64,000 bases of DNA, taken from assembly GCA_937625935.1 (NCBI GenBank), contig OW569370.1, positions 423,224-487,223 of the forward strand, written 5' to 3'. How positions within the stretch are numbered: position 1 is the stretch's first letter; each line of letters opens with the position of its first letter. The DNA comes from Tetramitus jugosus. Lineage: Eukaryota; Protista; Heterolobosea. A program made the translations under genes and the position numbers. The notes beneath the pieces were generated by a model. It saw nothing but the letters and a program-made list of their open reading frames with translations. It was not told where the DNA came from and ran no database searches. Positions 13,086 through 26,000 of the stretch are shown piece after piece.

Positions 13086-14330
13086 AATCCCACGAAAACA
13101 AAAGAGCACTGCGGTGGACTAGCAGAGAATTTCTAACAGGTATGATGGGCACCGAAACGAGTGCCATCGAAGATATCACCAATGGCTTGGTAGCCAGTGG
13201 AGTCAGAGTAGCAGTGGCCGTAAAAAAAGCAAGAATTTATGTGAATGGGGTGAAACGGAGATGTCTCACGACTCTCCTTCACCTCTTCACCACAACAAAA
13301 GCGAAACAACAATGACGCTCTGCGAGCGCCATTGAGAATTAATCAGGTGACCAAGGGCCATCGCTCGAAGAAAACAAAAGACAATACAGTGAACAACCGA
13401 AATGGTTGTATTAAAAAAACAAAAAATCCCACGAAAACTCTACAACGTCGATGAATAAACGAACACCCATCTGTAGTCGTGAGTATGAGAACTCACGCTA
13501 TGCTGTGTGGACCACAACCCCAAGAGGGACTGCACCAAGCAGCAAGGAGGTCATCATCACTGGAAAGTGTGATGACTCACCCAAGGCTGCCTTGGCCAAG
13601 AAGATTGGCTCGGATTATGGTGAATGGCTCGGATTATGGTGAATGGCTCACCAGGATCCAAGTCATCAAGAAGGGCCCCAAGAGATTTGTTGCGTGGGTG
13701 ACTGTTGTTGATGACACATTTACCCATTTGTTGAATTTTTCAACCGCAACAAGAAGGTGAGTGGCTGTAAGGCAGCACTCAAGCACAACGTTGATTGTGC
13801 CAAGAAGGTCGTCCTCCATGGTGTCAAAGGTAAGTCGGAGGACGACATCAAGGTCATGTTTGGCGCAACAAAGGTAAAGAATGTGCTCAAGAAGCACAAT
13901 ACTGCTTTTGTTGTGATGGAGACCGAAACGTATGCTGAAGCATTGCTTCAGGACGTTAAATCCATGCCAGTGGAGATCAGTAGGGGAAGCAAAACGAATG
14001 ATGAAGTTATAATTAGCCCATCGCAAGGCACGAAGCTTTGTTAGTTGGGTAAAGAGTTGCTGCATCGTTACCTTGCACACTCTACCAGCAATCAAAAGAC
14101 TACAATCAGCAGTAACGCTCTCCGAGCGTCTGTGAGAATAAGAGAAACTACTTGAAAGAATGAAAAACAATAATGCGCGTTGTATTAAAAACAAAAAAAT
14201 GGTCATAATAGCAGTGGTGCAGATTTTAGTTTCCTCAAATCCCCTAATGTCTGCTGGACTATACAACACTGGTGATGTACAGGTCATGTGTAGCTGGTGT
14301 CAGAGTGAGCCCGAGACCAAGAGCCACTCA
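13086..14330 (+). mobile_element. Putative degenerate non-LTR retroelement remnants upstream of the tRNA
   Basis: 14-bp direct repeat AATCCCACGAAAAC (13086-13099, 13425-13438). Two related A-rich ends GTTGTATTAAAAA (~13405, ~14179). Frameshifted RRM-like ORF (13451-14044) and a C-x2-C..ET..H motif (CSWCQSEPETKSH, 14289-14327) like the LINE ORF2 C-terminal zinc motif. No RT core is visible. Confidence 0.45.
13606..13649 (+). repeat. 19-bp tandem duplication causing a frameshift
   Basis: TGGCTCGGATTATGGTGAA occurs twice (13606-13624, 13625-13643), followed by TGGCTC. SDYGEWL appears in two reading frames. Confidence 0.9.
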
Positions 14331-14602
14331 AAAAATACTCCGAAAAAGAATCTTTGTGAATATCCTGCCGTTACAAAAACACTCTGGCGCCGTCCACTTC
14401 TTCTGTCTGTTCCCCAACAGATTTCTTTGCTGACATGATTCACACGCGCATCTCTCATCTCAAACTCGCGTTTTGAAGGTCCCCACCCAAACACGAAAAC
14501 TTCCATACCAACTCCCACACAAAGACAACAACAAACAACCACAAACACACTTTCACTGTTGTAACAGCAGACAAACAATTCTTTTGCCTCGCAACATTCA
14601 AA

Positions 14603-15892
14603 ATGACAATTCAAAAACAACAATCACAACACAACAACCATAACTACAAACGTTATCAATCCCTATTGACACTCGTGTTGCTGCTCATCATCAGCACACT
14701 CGTGTACAGTGCTACTACTGTAACACTCATTGGAGGTGGTACCACTCTGCCTCAAATCCCTCAATCCTACTTTACAAAAATTTTCAGTGAAGCAAACAGT
14801 GCAAATGGTGGTTCCGTCACCTATGATAAGACTATTGGAACGAAGAGAGCCATTGAAAAATTGTTGTTGAGAGAGTACAAGTATGCTGGTGTTGATTTTG
14901 CGCCAAGTGCTCAACAATATGAGACTTATCCTGACCTTCAAATGGTGCCTTACATGGTTGCTCCTATCGCAGTCATTTTTAATCTTGGAACTGGCGGAGT
15001 AAATAATGCCACCTCAAGCGCCGATTCAACCATGACGTTGAGCTTGGACGGACCAACTCTTGCCGCCATTTTTAAGGGTGAGATTACAATGTGGAACGAC
15101 GCAAAAATTAGAACTCTGAATCCATTGATTGAGTTGCCTAGTGAGTCAATTAGACGTGTGGTGAGACAAGACAAGTCTGGTGCCACCTATCTCTTTACAA
15201 GCTATTTAAGCGCTGTTGACTCCACATGGAACAAGACGATTGGTGCTGACACCGAGCCTGCATGGCCACACTCTGACAAGTCTACCTTGTTGTTGGCAGA
15301 AACTGCCAGTGGACTGTCCAGAAAGGTGTTTACTACTCCCTATTCAATCAGTTATGCTATTTTGAAGGATGCCATTTCTGATGAGCACAATTTGGTTGCT
15401 CTGAAGAATGTGTATGGCAAGTTTGTCACTCCATCAATTGCTGGTGCTGCATCTGCTGTGGCAGACTTTAAGGACACATCGTTCGATGCCACATTCTCAA
15501 AGAGCTTAATCAATGGTGCTGGAGAAGAAACTTGGCCAATCAACGGTTATTCATACTTTTTGTACAGGAGTGAAAGCATGAACGACTGCAAGGAAGCAAA
15601 ACTACTGTGGAAGTATTTGACATGGTTGTACAAGTCGAGCACTGTTGACGCAGTGTTGACTGAGAATATGTTTTTGGCCTTGGACGATGCCACAAGAACT
15701 CTTGCTTTTGACAAGGTTGACCACCTAAAGTGTTCCAAGGAGTATGTGAATGAAGCATACCAGAAGCACTTGAAGACTGGTGGTATCGCCTTTGGATTCT
15801 TCTTGTTGCTATTGGTCATCGTTGCTGTGATTACTGCGATCATTTATGCAATCAAGTTTGGCCTTCAGAAGGTTTTTGAGAAGTTTTTCTAA
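14603..15892 (+). CDS. PstS-like phosphate-binding protein with signal peptide and C-terminal TM anchor
   Basis: GGGTTLP (cf. GAGATFP), LAAIFKGEITMWNDAKIRTLNP, RQDKSGATYLFT (cf. RSDGSGTT), WPINGYSY; hydrophobic N- and C-termini. Confidence 0.88.
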   Translation: MTIQKQQSQHNNHNYKRYQSLLTLVLLLIISTLVYSATTVTLIGGGTTLPQIPQSYFTKIFSEANSANGGSVTYDKTIGTKRAIEKLLLREYKYAGVDFAPSAQQYETYPDLQMVPYMVAPIAVIFNLGTGGVNNATSSADSTMTLSLDGPTLAAIFKGEITMWNDAKIRTLNPLIELPSESIRRVVRQDKSGATYLFTSYLSAVDSTWNKTIGADTEPAWPHSDKSTLLLAETASGLSRKVFTTPYSISYAILKDAISDEHNLVALKNVYGKFVTPSIAGAASAVADFKDTSFDATFSKSLINGAGEETWPINGYSYFLYRSESMNDCKEAKLLWKYLTWLYKSSTVDAVLTENMFLALDDATRTLAFDKVDHLKCSKEYVNEAYQKHLKTGGIAFGFFLLLLVIVAVITAIIYAIKFGLQKVFEKFF

Positions 15893-15904
15893 TTTGTAAT
15901 ACAT

Positions 15905-16132
15905 TTATTGTCCTAATTTCAAGTTGTTAATCTTCCTCATCATCCTCTTAAAACTGAAAATTTGAATGGCACTCCGAATAAATTCCCATAAGAGTACCAG
16001 CAATAAAATAGGTCCGAAAGCCATAGCAACATACTCCCCAGGCTCTACTTTTGTTCCTCGAATTTTCTCGTAGTATGTATAGACTTTGACAGTTTTTCCT
16101 GTCAGATCCACTTGCTTTTGATATAAGTTCAT
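15905..16132 (-). CDS. Small putative membrane protein (may be part of the adjacent upstream gene)
   Basis: 75-aa ORF with one hydrophobic segment that fills the gap between two genes. No recognisable family. Confidence 0.3.
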   Translation of the reverse strand: MNLYQKQVDLTGKTVKVYTYYEKIRGTKVEPGEYVAMAFGPILLLVLLWEFIRSAIQIFSFKRMMRKINNLKLGQ

Positions 16133-16140
16133 AAATACAA

Positions 16141-16443
16141 CTAAAATACGCGGTGAGTTTCAAAGATGTAAGAAAAGATTCTGAAGTAAAACATACTGAA
16201 GGTGACCCAAGCTCCTAAATACAATAAGGAGCAGAATAAGAATAGGGCCATCATACAAGCTTTGAACCAAAAGTAAGTCCGGTCATTTGGGGTGTTCTTC
16301 GCAATGATAGAAGCAAACCACAGAGGAGGAAAGATGAAACCCAATATAAATACAACAAGACAAAAGACAGTTGTCTTCTCCCATTCATTATTCTCTCCCA
16401 CAGTGGCGATGGGATTGTCGTTACTGTTCTGATTGCTCATCAC
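16141..16443 (-). CDS. Small two-TM membrane protein (LGFIFPPLW motif)
   Basis: ATG preceded by an A/C-rich leader; two hydrophobic helices; FILGFIFPPLWF resembles small eukaryotic membrane proteins. Confidence 0.55.
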   Translation of the reverse strand: MMSNQNSNDNPIATVGENNEWEKTTVFCLVVFILGFIFPPLWFASIIAKNTPNDRTYFWFKACMMALFLFCSLLYLGAWVTFSMFYFRIFSYIFETHRVF

Positions 16444-16529
16444 TTTGTTTGTTTTTTCAGAGAGGTTTACATCACTCAGGTGTCAATTAATTATTGATTC
16501 GAGACAATTCGCCGCCATCAAAACAAAAA

Positions 16530-19500
16530 ATGAGAATAGGAGGAAATCTGTTTGATGTTCACGAGACTGAAGCGGAGTCGAGTGGTGAATGGTTTACAGC
16601 TGATGCCACACACAACCACATATTTTTGGGTGGTATGATGAATTTGTCCTTAATATTTCCATTGTCTATGTCAATGTTTCTCACATTTTTTTCTCTCGGT
16701 GATGGTTGTTTGTCTAGTCTCCAATGGCACTCTCCTCTATAGAGCACTGATGAGTCCAGCACAACACTCTTCTCCATCGACTACACCCATGAGTCTCGCT
16801 CAGTCAATCATCCCATGCACAACAACAGCATTGCCCAACGCACTCTTTACCCAACAACTAAAATTTATGAAATTGTTGCCTGTGTACTCAATGTGCCGTA
16901 ACAAAGATGACAGTCATATGATCCAATGGTTCATCTTGGCTGTAGGATTCGATGAGGATGATGACCTCTTGAAAGCAAAGGTTTTTTCGATTCAGGAAGA
17001 GCACGAGCAAACTGAAAACAAAGGCAGCAGACAACAACAAGCATTGGTGTCATTACACTTTGGTCATGAATGGCACATTTATGACCGAGAGAGAATCATT
17101 GATTTGAACAAGGAGAGTTTGATTCATGCAATTATTAGAGCAGATGTTTCACCAAATGGAAGAATGGTATCATTCACCTTTCATCAAGAGTTGGACAATC
17201 GTAGTAATGGTAGTAGTAGTAGTAGTAATAACAGTAGTTTGAGCGATCAACACAACAATCAACAAATGAACTCGCTTCTGATTGTTGACAGATTTGAAAC
17301 ACCGATTACCACTTCAAAGGTATCAGCAGTGAGTCGATATGTCCGTAGTTTCAATCCCTGGACGATCACCAATGCTGTTTTTGTTGGAAGAAACTCAAGT
17401 GCTCCCGATCAGGAAGCATCTCTTTTTGTCACTGCAGGGATTTTTGTTTACGAGATTGAAATGCTTTCAAATTTAAGAATTGTAAGTGTATACATGCCTA
17501 AGCCAATACTATCGTATTTTTCAGTGTCCATTTCGCTTGCTAATCTGTTTTTCTCACATGATCTCCCAATTATGTAGAAGACAAAGCATGACTGTGGTTC
17601 TCAAATATTGCCGAATTGCGCGATGGGTGCACAGTTGGGAGTCAATGGTAAAGGTATTGCCACGAATCAAAAATTGCAGAGTACTTGTACATCAGTGACT
17701 TCTTTAGCCGTCATATGTGCTCGCTCTGAACTATTTGTCCTTGAACCGACAGATGAACAAAACTCAATATCTTCTTTGGATCACAAAATTCAAATGAATC
17801 TCGGACATTTTGATGATTGTTCAATGTCTTGGTTCAAACACTATTTGGTTATGATCTTTAGGCGGCCAGAGCGATCAGCATATGGATCAGGCAAGAAGTC
17901 TGGTTTATTTATGAGGATTGTTGATGTGAAGCATCAGCTTGTTGTGTACGATCAATGTTTCAAATCCAATATTGAAGAGACAAATGGAGAGGATCGACCT
18001 TTGCGAGTCATTTCATTTGTTCACTCGTCCTCTATCCATGTTATTTTGAGGAACTCGTCAAATCTTTCAGTTCTGACCTTCAATGAGAAAACCATTCGGG
18101 ACAGAATTAATATTTTGAAGAGAAGGCATCTTTATGATTATGCCCTCTACATTATCAGCAACAGCAAAGTTTCACACCGAGAATCAACTTCAGCATCAAT
18201 TCATCTTGGATATGGTGATTTTCTGTTTGAAAATGGTAAATATCAACGCTCAATCGCTCAGTATATTCAAACAATTCGACATGTTGAGTCGTCATATATT
18301 ATTCAAAAGCTTTTAGAATTGGAGGATAAATTATATTTACTGCATTATTTGTATGCACTACATGAGATGAATGAGGCAAATCAATATCATACAAAACTCA
18401 TGTTCACATATTTGCTTCAGTTGACTGACTTCGTACGATCCCCAATGACAATGGAGAACTCAGAGGATTCCAAAGATCAAGCCCTTCCTTTTCAATATTT
18501 TATTGATCTAGTTAACTCAGGAGATGTTCGTCAAATATTGCACCATATTGTACAAAATGTTCGTGTCCTTGGAGAAAATGTTGTTGTTGCTGTAAAATTA
18601 TTGACAGAAAAAGGATTTGTGGAGCAATCGTTAGTATTAGCTGAAGCAGCAGCTACATCGAATATTGATTATGAACTTCACGATTGGATTGTTCAAATTT
18701 ATCTGAAAAATGTGAAACATGATGGGCAAGATTTCAAGAGTGATATGTACGGTCGACAACGAAATCGATCCTTCGACGATGCTCTCAGACATATTGAGAG
18801 TTTGAGTGTTGAGTTGGCTTCAAAGTTTTTGATCGAATATGGTGTAGTTTTATTGGAAAAGCTACCCCAGGAGACTACAAACGTACTCATCCGAATAAGC
18901 ACAAGCTACAAATCTATGCCATTGCATATTTCATCCCACCATAGAGTGTGGACTGCAAGTGAAGATGAAGTGTTTAATGATGCCAATATTTGCTCACCCG
19001 AAACGTTTATTCCTCTCTTCTTGAATCGGAGCGATTGCCTTCTAATCTTCTTAGAGGTTGTTACTCGTTATTATGAATCAAAAAATAGTGGTGCGAGGCT
19101 CAGTAATCAAGTGTACAATACTTTGTTGGAGTTGTATCTAAATCGGTGGCAAGATGCTCAACAACAAGATTTACACTCGCAAACAATCAAATATGTTCCT
19201 CGCGATCAAATGTATCGCTCTCCTTACGGTATTTGTCCTGTTTATGAAGAAGATTTAGTGAATACATGGGAGTCGAAGATCATGAATATGTTATCAATGG
19301 ATGAAGGAAAGAAAGACAGATATGATCAAGAGCACGTCCTCCTCCTCTTACAATCCAAGAATTTTGAAAAAGGAATACTGTACCTCTATGATAGAATGGG
19401 GCTAGACTTTGATATCATACAATACTTAATTGACAAAAACGATGCAGACATTGAGAAACAATATTCGGATATTTTCAGCGAGTGTAGTAGATATCCAAAT

Positions 19501-20097
19501 GATACGAATATTTGGATTAGGACTCTTAGCTATTTCTTACGTGATGGCAAGTCAAGAGACCCAGAACGAGCTGGCAAATACATAGATTTGATGCTACGGG
19601 AAGTTGCAAGCAGAAATATCATACCTCCACTGGTCCTTATCAAATTACTTGCAAGTGCAGACAGTTCAATTTCACTGTCTCAAGTCAAAGTATACATTCG
19701 ACAGCAGCTACAACGGGATCAAAATATGATACAAAAGCATACAAATGATACAGCTGAACTACTCTTCGAAACAGGAATCATTGGAGAAGAGATTCAAACA
19801 TTAAGAACCAAAGCTCAACTATTCCAATCTAGCTTATGTCATAAGTGTGGTACTGAGTTAGAATTACCAGTCGTTCACTTTATGTGTACTCACTCCTATC
19901 ATCAAAGATGCTTGGAGGCTGAAGAATGTCCAAAGTGTGCGAAGGGTCATCGAGAAGCTACCGAACTTGTTTCGAAGAGCTGCACAAAATTTGGAGAAAC
20001 ACACGATGAATTTTATAGGAGATTGAATTATTCCTCCGACAGCTTTAAGATTATTTCTGAAGTAGTCGGCACTGGAGTTTTTGGTCCCGCACAATAA
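16530..20097 (+). CDS. VPS11: Vps11 (HOPS/CORVET subunit). Exons 16530-16632, 16718-17481, 17578-20097
   Basis: YGDFLFENGKYQRSIAQYIQTI..ESSYIIQK, C-terminal RING CHKCGTELELPVVHFMCTHSYHQRC..ECPKC and Vps11_C tail. Introns 16633-16717 and 17482-17577 are GT-AG and phase-consistent. Confidence 0.9.
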
Positions 20098-20099
20098 AG

Positions 20100-23000
20100 T
20101 CAGTAGGACCGCTCCACATATTGTTGAAGTTCCTCAGATGTAAAAATTCGAAGGGCAGAGCACGCATGTCTTGACAAAATACAATGAAAACCTTTTGCGA
20201 TAGCATTAAATTGTTGAAAGGACACACTACCTCGATCGTGATCTATGCACGGATAATCAAACAAGATGAAAGTCCATAACCTCCATTCCAATACGTATCT
20301 GAAGCTAATTTTGTTCTGAACCACCAAGGCCAAAAGACGCCCAAAGAACTCGAACTGGCCGTAGTTTTTGAATGACATGGAAGGGGAATAGCTCTTATCT
20401 TCTTGTTGAGTGAATATCCTAAATCGACCTTCAAAAATTTCAGCAAAAGCAATGTCCAGAGTGTCTTTGAAAGGTTGACTTTCTTCACTCTGACCTGTCA
20501 ACACTCTCAAACATGACCCCGTTCCGAAACAATATTTCTGCACCCCCAACACGGGCAAGGAAAACAATTGTTCCATTAATATCCTAAATAACGAATCATC
20601 TGATAACTCGGACCAATTGATGATTATCACAGGCAAAGATTGATCGTCAAAGGTTGTTGAGGAAACTGTTATTACTTTGTCTGCGAAATCAACTTTTTCA
20701 TCCATTGATAGATTAAATGCCAATAACTGGTGACCATTGGAGTGAATGTTATTGATAAATTGGAGATTAAACAGATCATAAATCTCAGGGGTTGGTTGGG
20801 CCTCAGGATTATTCGAAAAATTGATTGTTGTGAGGAGGGACTTATCTAGTATTCTCGATAATGTACAAACGTAGTCGATAAAGGCCACGCGCTGTGCTCT
20901 ACTAATGTCATTCAATCTCGAACTTTCTATATCTGGCAGTTGAAAGATAAATTCCTGCTTGTCTTCGCAGTATGGAAGTATATTAGAACTAAAGGTCATT
21001 AGCAAATTAGCCATTGAGGTTTTGAGTGGAACATGCAAAAGTAGCAAATACTCAATAGAAGAGATGATCAGCTTCGATATTTGGCTCTTAAAGCTCTTGG
21101 ACAATAATGCTTGAGCATCTTTGTTTAAACTAACTCGTGTCAAGATATTTAAGGCCCACAAAAGAATTGAAGGATTTGCCCACATACAGTCAATCATTGA
21201 CTCTTCGTTCAGAAATGAAATCTCTACAGGAGTTATGGTGAACGAATACTTCGATTGGGTGTTAGGACTCTTCTTGAAGCAGAAGTACACCTTGTTGGAC
21301 GACAGTCTTTGATCGTTTGTGGGAATATTCCTATTAAACACATATCCCTCATCTGAATTGACGTCAAAATTTCTTGTGGTAGAAAAAGCCAACTGGTCGT
21401 CTTCCTCCAAGACAGTTTCTGAAGCATGAAATTGTATGTCCATTCCCTTCGCATAGGGAAAAAAAACCTCAGTCACATGTGTTTCCCTTGAAGAAGAAAA
21501 GCTGCGGCAGTAAGGTCCATTTCTGGTGATATACTTCGATAAACATTCGTCGATAAGCTTTAAGAGTTGGTGCAAAATGTTGGTTGCATACTCACTTCGA
21601 GTGTTGGAAAGTACAAAATTGGCAATATTGGCAGAAGAGCACAGGAAAAACCCATTGAACAAGTCCGCATTTGTGAAGGTGCTCGAAGTATCTTCAGCGT
21701 ACTTCCAGAATGTTGACATTCGTGAAATATTGTTATAAATGAAATTAGAAAATAAGACTGCCAACGTTTGTCTGTCACTTAATATGTCCACCATAAGCGA
21801 TGCAGGAGCTGATTGTGTCAAACAGCTTTGAAGAAATTCTCGAGCATATAACACTGGATGAGCTACATAGTTCTGTTTGAGAATAACACTCTTGTCCTCG
21901 ATTGAAGTATGGGGATGTAATAATGGATGGTGTTTGTTTTTTGTCAACTCACAACTGTTGATCCAGAGTAGTTCTACTTTTCCAGATTTGTCGATGACAG
22001 CAATCCGCACTCTGTCCCACTGCTTCATCATATCTACTACAACCACATATCTCCCAAGTGAATGATGGATATCTCCTGAAGTATCGTTTATCATCATAAC
22101 TGTTCCTACTTGAACAGAATCGAGTTCATGCAAGGTTTGTGTCGATGATGCTTCTGTCTGATCACTAGAATCCATCCAACATATGGCTGTGCCATCGTCA
22201 CATATATTAGGAATCTTATGAAAGCTACTATCTTGTGAAAGCTTCATTTTTCTTGCGGTTTCATCGAGAGAAAAGCTCAACTTCACACTCGTCTGTGTGC
22301 CTGAAATATGTAGTACAGGATATAACCGCACGCCATGTAACTCTAGGCACACAGAGGAAACTATTGTTGTACCATTTCTAATAACATCAATTGTTCCGAT
22401 GTCTTGGTCGAACATTACCAAGAAGAGATCATTTGGGACCAAGGGTGATTGTACATCATATGTGGAAATACATGTGGAGTTTCCAAGCAGAGTCTTGTTG
22501 GCAATATGTAATTCTCCATCACTATGATACCCAATCGATCCATCAAACCATCCTGGGAGTCCATTTAGATCATGGGTCTCAGGAACAAAGCCAAAGGCAA
22601 AAAATGATTGATCACTAACCTCTTCCACTAACAAAGCGAATGAAATAACTTGACAGGTGGATGGAAAACAGTAATTTGCTCGTATCATTCTTTGAGGTGT
22701 TATGCCTAAGCTTCTGACCATTAATTTGTCTACTTGATAAAATTGACGAAGCTCAGGTTGACAAACAATAAGAGAAGGAAGATATTCAATAAGCTCATCA
22801 AACCTTCTTCGTCTCTCAGCGTATTGTATCATACTCGTAAAAGAGGCGTCGTTAGACAGGTATGCATGCAGAGTTTGAATATTACATGGCATTTGATGAT
22901 AATACTCACAAAGATCAATCACTCGTGTTTCGCTGTCATCATTATATTCTTGAGTTAGACACGTAATGTCCATCGTGGGTTGGCTCTTTTTTTTTGATGC

Positions 23001-26000
23001 ATGATAATTGAGGAAATTTAACGGTGTTTTTGCCAAAGAAACACTCTGCTTAACGATGTCTGGCTCATGCATGATAAAGGAGGCTAACGAAGTAGAACTG
23101 AGCACTTTCGCGACACATGTTCTCATCATTCCTAAGCAATTTTCGATGGCAAAAGAATTCGAGTGCAGTTCCACTTCTAGTATATGCTTGAATCTTGATA
23201 GTGCTTCAATACCTACCTTCTGGAAGAACTCCTTTTGGAGCTGCGCTCTAAAAGAACTGTACTCAACATCAATATCTTCAATCGATAACTCTGCTTGGGA
23301 GTCCTGAAGAGAATTACCGCCTCTACTAACAGGAAGCACACTTACTGAATTCTTTGAAAAATCGATCGATTTGAGAACAGCTATTGTCCTTCCATTATCT
23401 ATACGAACAATATCTCCTGGTTTTATACTCTCCTCGTTTGGAAGTATGATCATCAGTTGAAAATATAGCACCCCAAACAATATGTATATTTCATCTCCAT
23501 GTTGCTTTGAAATTGGTTCTTCAGAGGTGAGAAGCTCGACTGTTCGAGGAATACGATCTAACACTTCAAAAACAGCTTTGAATGAGAGCTGCTCGTACCT
23601 TTCCGAAGTAAACAATTTGGCAAGAGCAAAAAATAAATGTCTTTTTCGCATAGACAGCAATTTCCGACCATTTGGAATACATGAATATTGACGAATTGAA
23701 GGGTGATATGTTTCTCCACAATGAGTTGCCAAAGTATCACATCCGATATTATAAAATAGATTCAGTACATCGCTTGAGGAAATATTAGGTTCATGAAAAA
23801 CAATATCAGAAACTAAAAAGTCAAGACGGATGGTTGTCATCACCAATTGGATAATGGACTGTTCGTTATGATCGAGTTCGAAATATTGAAGGATGTTATC
23901 ATAACATTCATTAAACTCCTTAGAAATTTGATCGAACAAACATGATCCACAAGACATTATCGACAGAGAGTAACAAGCGAAGCAATTACTGATGTGTTCC
24001 GGTACCTTTTTGAGCATCGATGTTACATGTTTTTTGAATCGCTCTTTCATCTCATCTTCAAATCCATGGCAAATTAATTCATTTAAACCTTTCCATGAGA
24101 AAATTCTGGCTTCCGCATCCGCTTCTAATGGTTCAAGACAGGCGAAAGTAGATAAAAACCTAAAAAGGAGATCCTGTAACTTCGATAGCTGTACTATAAA
24201 CGAGGAGTCATCTTCAGTAGTCTCAGTGAGTGGCAAAATGGTAAGAAGGTATTTGCAGACTTCTTCTATGTTATGAACTTTAAACGACAGAGAGTCTCGA
24301 TCTAAATCAATCGAAAATAGAAAATCAACGGAATATTTCCATAGTTTCTCGTACCCCACCCAAAATTCATCATCAAACTTGGCAATTTCTACTTTGCCAA
24401 GAAATTCTTGTAGCAGATGCGCGTTATGGGTGTGATAGACCTGCACTACAAATATATACTTGATGCAACTTCGAATTTGTATGAATAAATTCTCATCTGT
24501 TTGTGATAGCTCTTGCATAAAACTCAAGATAGTAGAATCGATTGAGTGCAAATATCTCCTCCACATGTAACAAAGAAGTTCATTCATATTAGCTGTTTGG
24601 AGAAGATATTTTAGCAATTCAATTGTACTAGAAGCAGCTGGCGCATCCGATTGACCACACCTCAACAACATATTGGATGGATGTAACCACAAACGATTAG
24701 TTCCTCTCCAAAGTGTTATTGGTATGCAATTATCAACCATACTAAACAACATATCAATTATCACAGCCTTTTGCTCGCAATTGGGAGTTCGTGTTATCAC
24801 GTCAATGAATATTTTGAGACCATCCAACATTTTCTGCAACTTACAGGATGCTAAACTCTCTAGTATAGGCATAGGCATAGAGAGAAATAGTAGAGTAATC
24901 AATGAGAACATGTTCGAATAGTTCTCCTTAATATAAAAGATGCCATTAGATCCAGATACCTGACCATACTCCTCTTTGAGGAGTAACGAATATCTATGGA
25001 GACCAGAGAGTAATAGATCAAATAAAGTTCGTTGAAGTAACATAAAGCGCCCTCCATCAAGAGAGCTCGAATTATTGGGACTATGATGAAGTAAAATCTG
25101 TAATGAAACGCACATCATCACATAATGGTCACTTGTTTCTGTATCGTCCAAGGTAAGATCCATTTTGATACTAGTGGCAGTTGATATACCATTCATATTA
25201 TCTAGAAAATATACAATGGGGGAAACAGAGGGAACACGCGTACACTCTTGATCTAAAATAGAGATCAAGTCCGACATATCAGCTGAGGAGTGACATTTGC
25301 AATATTCAATTATTTGAGAAACAACCTCACCATACCGAACATGGTTACTTTGAAATGATGTACGATTAAATTGGTCATCAAAATTAGAGTTTCGGATATT
25401 AACAGAAAGTAACTTCAAAAAAACAGTAATACAAAATATTTGTGTTACTTGGGATTGTTTAGTAGTTGCAATCCCTAGTTGATCAACACAATTTTGCAAA
25501 ATGAGAGACAAGCTTGTCAAACTGTTTTTGTGAATCACAAATGGAATATCGACAAATATCGGTCGCGTACTCTTTTCTGTCAAATTAGCAATTTTAGGAG
25601 ACGTATTTTCGAATTCTGTGAGTAATCTATCAAGTTCGATGCAAAGATAAAATAAAATCAATTCAATCCCGTTGGATACTGTAGTTTCCTGCTTAAAGTC
25701 GGAGTGGACAGCAATATCAACTGGTAATCCAGGACAAAGATTAGAAATAATACTTTCTATCCTCTCATAACTCTCCCCCTTTTTGTTCGAAAACTTCTTC
25801 TTTTGTTCACCTTTTCTCTCTAAAAAGCTGAATCGTCCCAATCTTGCTATCGAGTTATAGAAGAGTTCCATTGCATCCCGTGGAATCTCAAAATCTAGTA
25901 CATCTTTGTTATCAGACGATAGTCGCTGGAACATGAATACCAATCTGAGTACCATATCTAGAGAGCGATTAAAAACAACACATATGAACAGAAGTACCGC

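Noticed and set aside
13634-14287. 217-aa minus-strand ORF
   Set aside because: No motifs. The plus strand carries the more protein-like, frameshifted reading.
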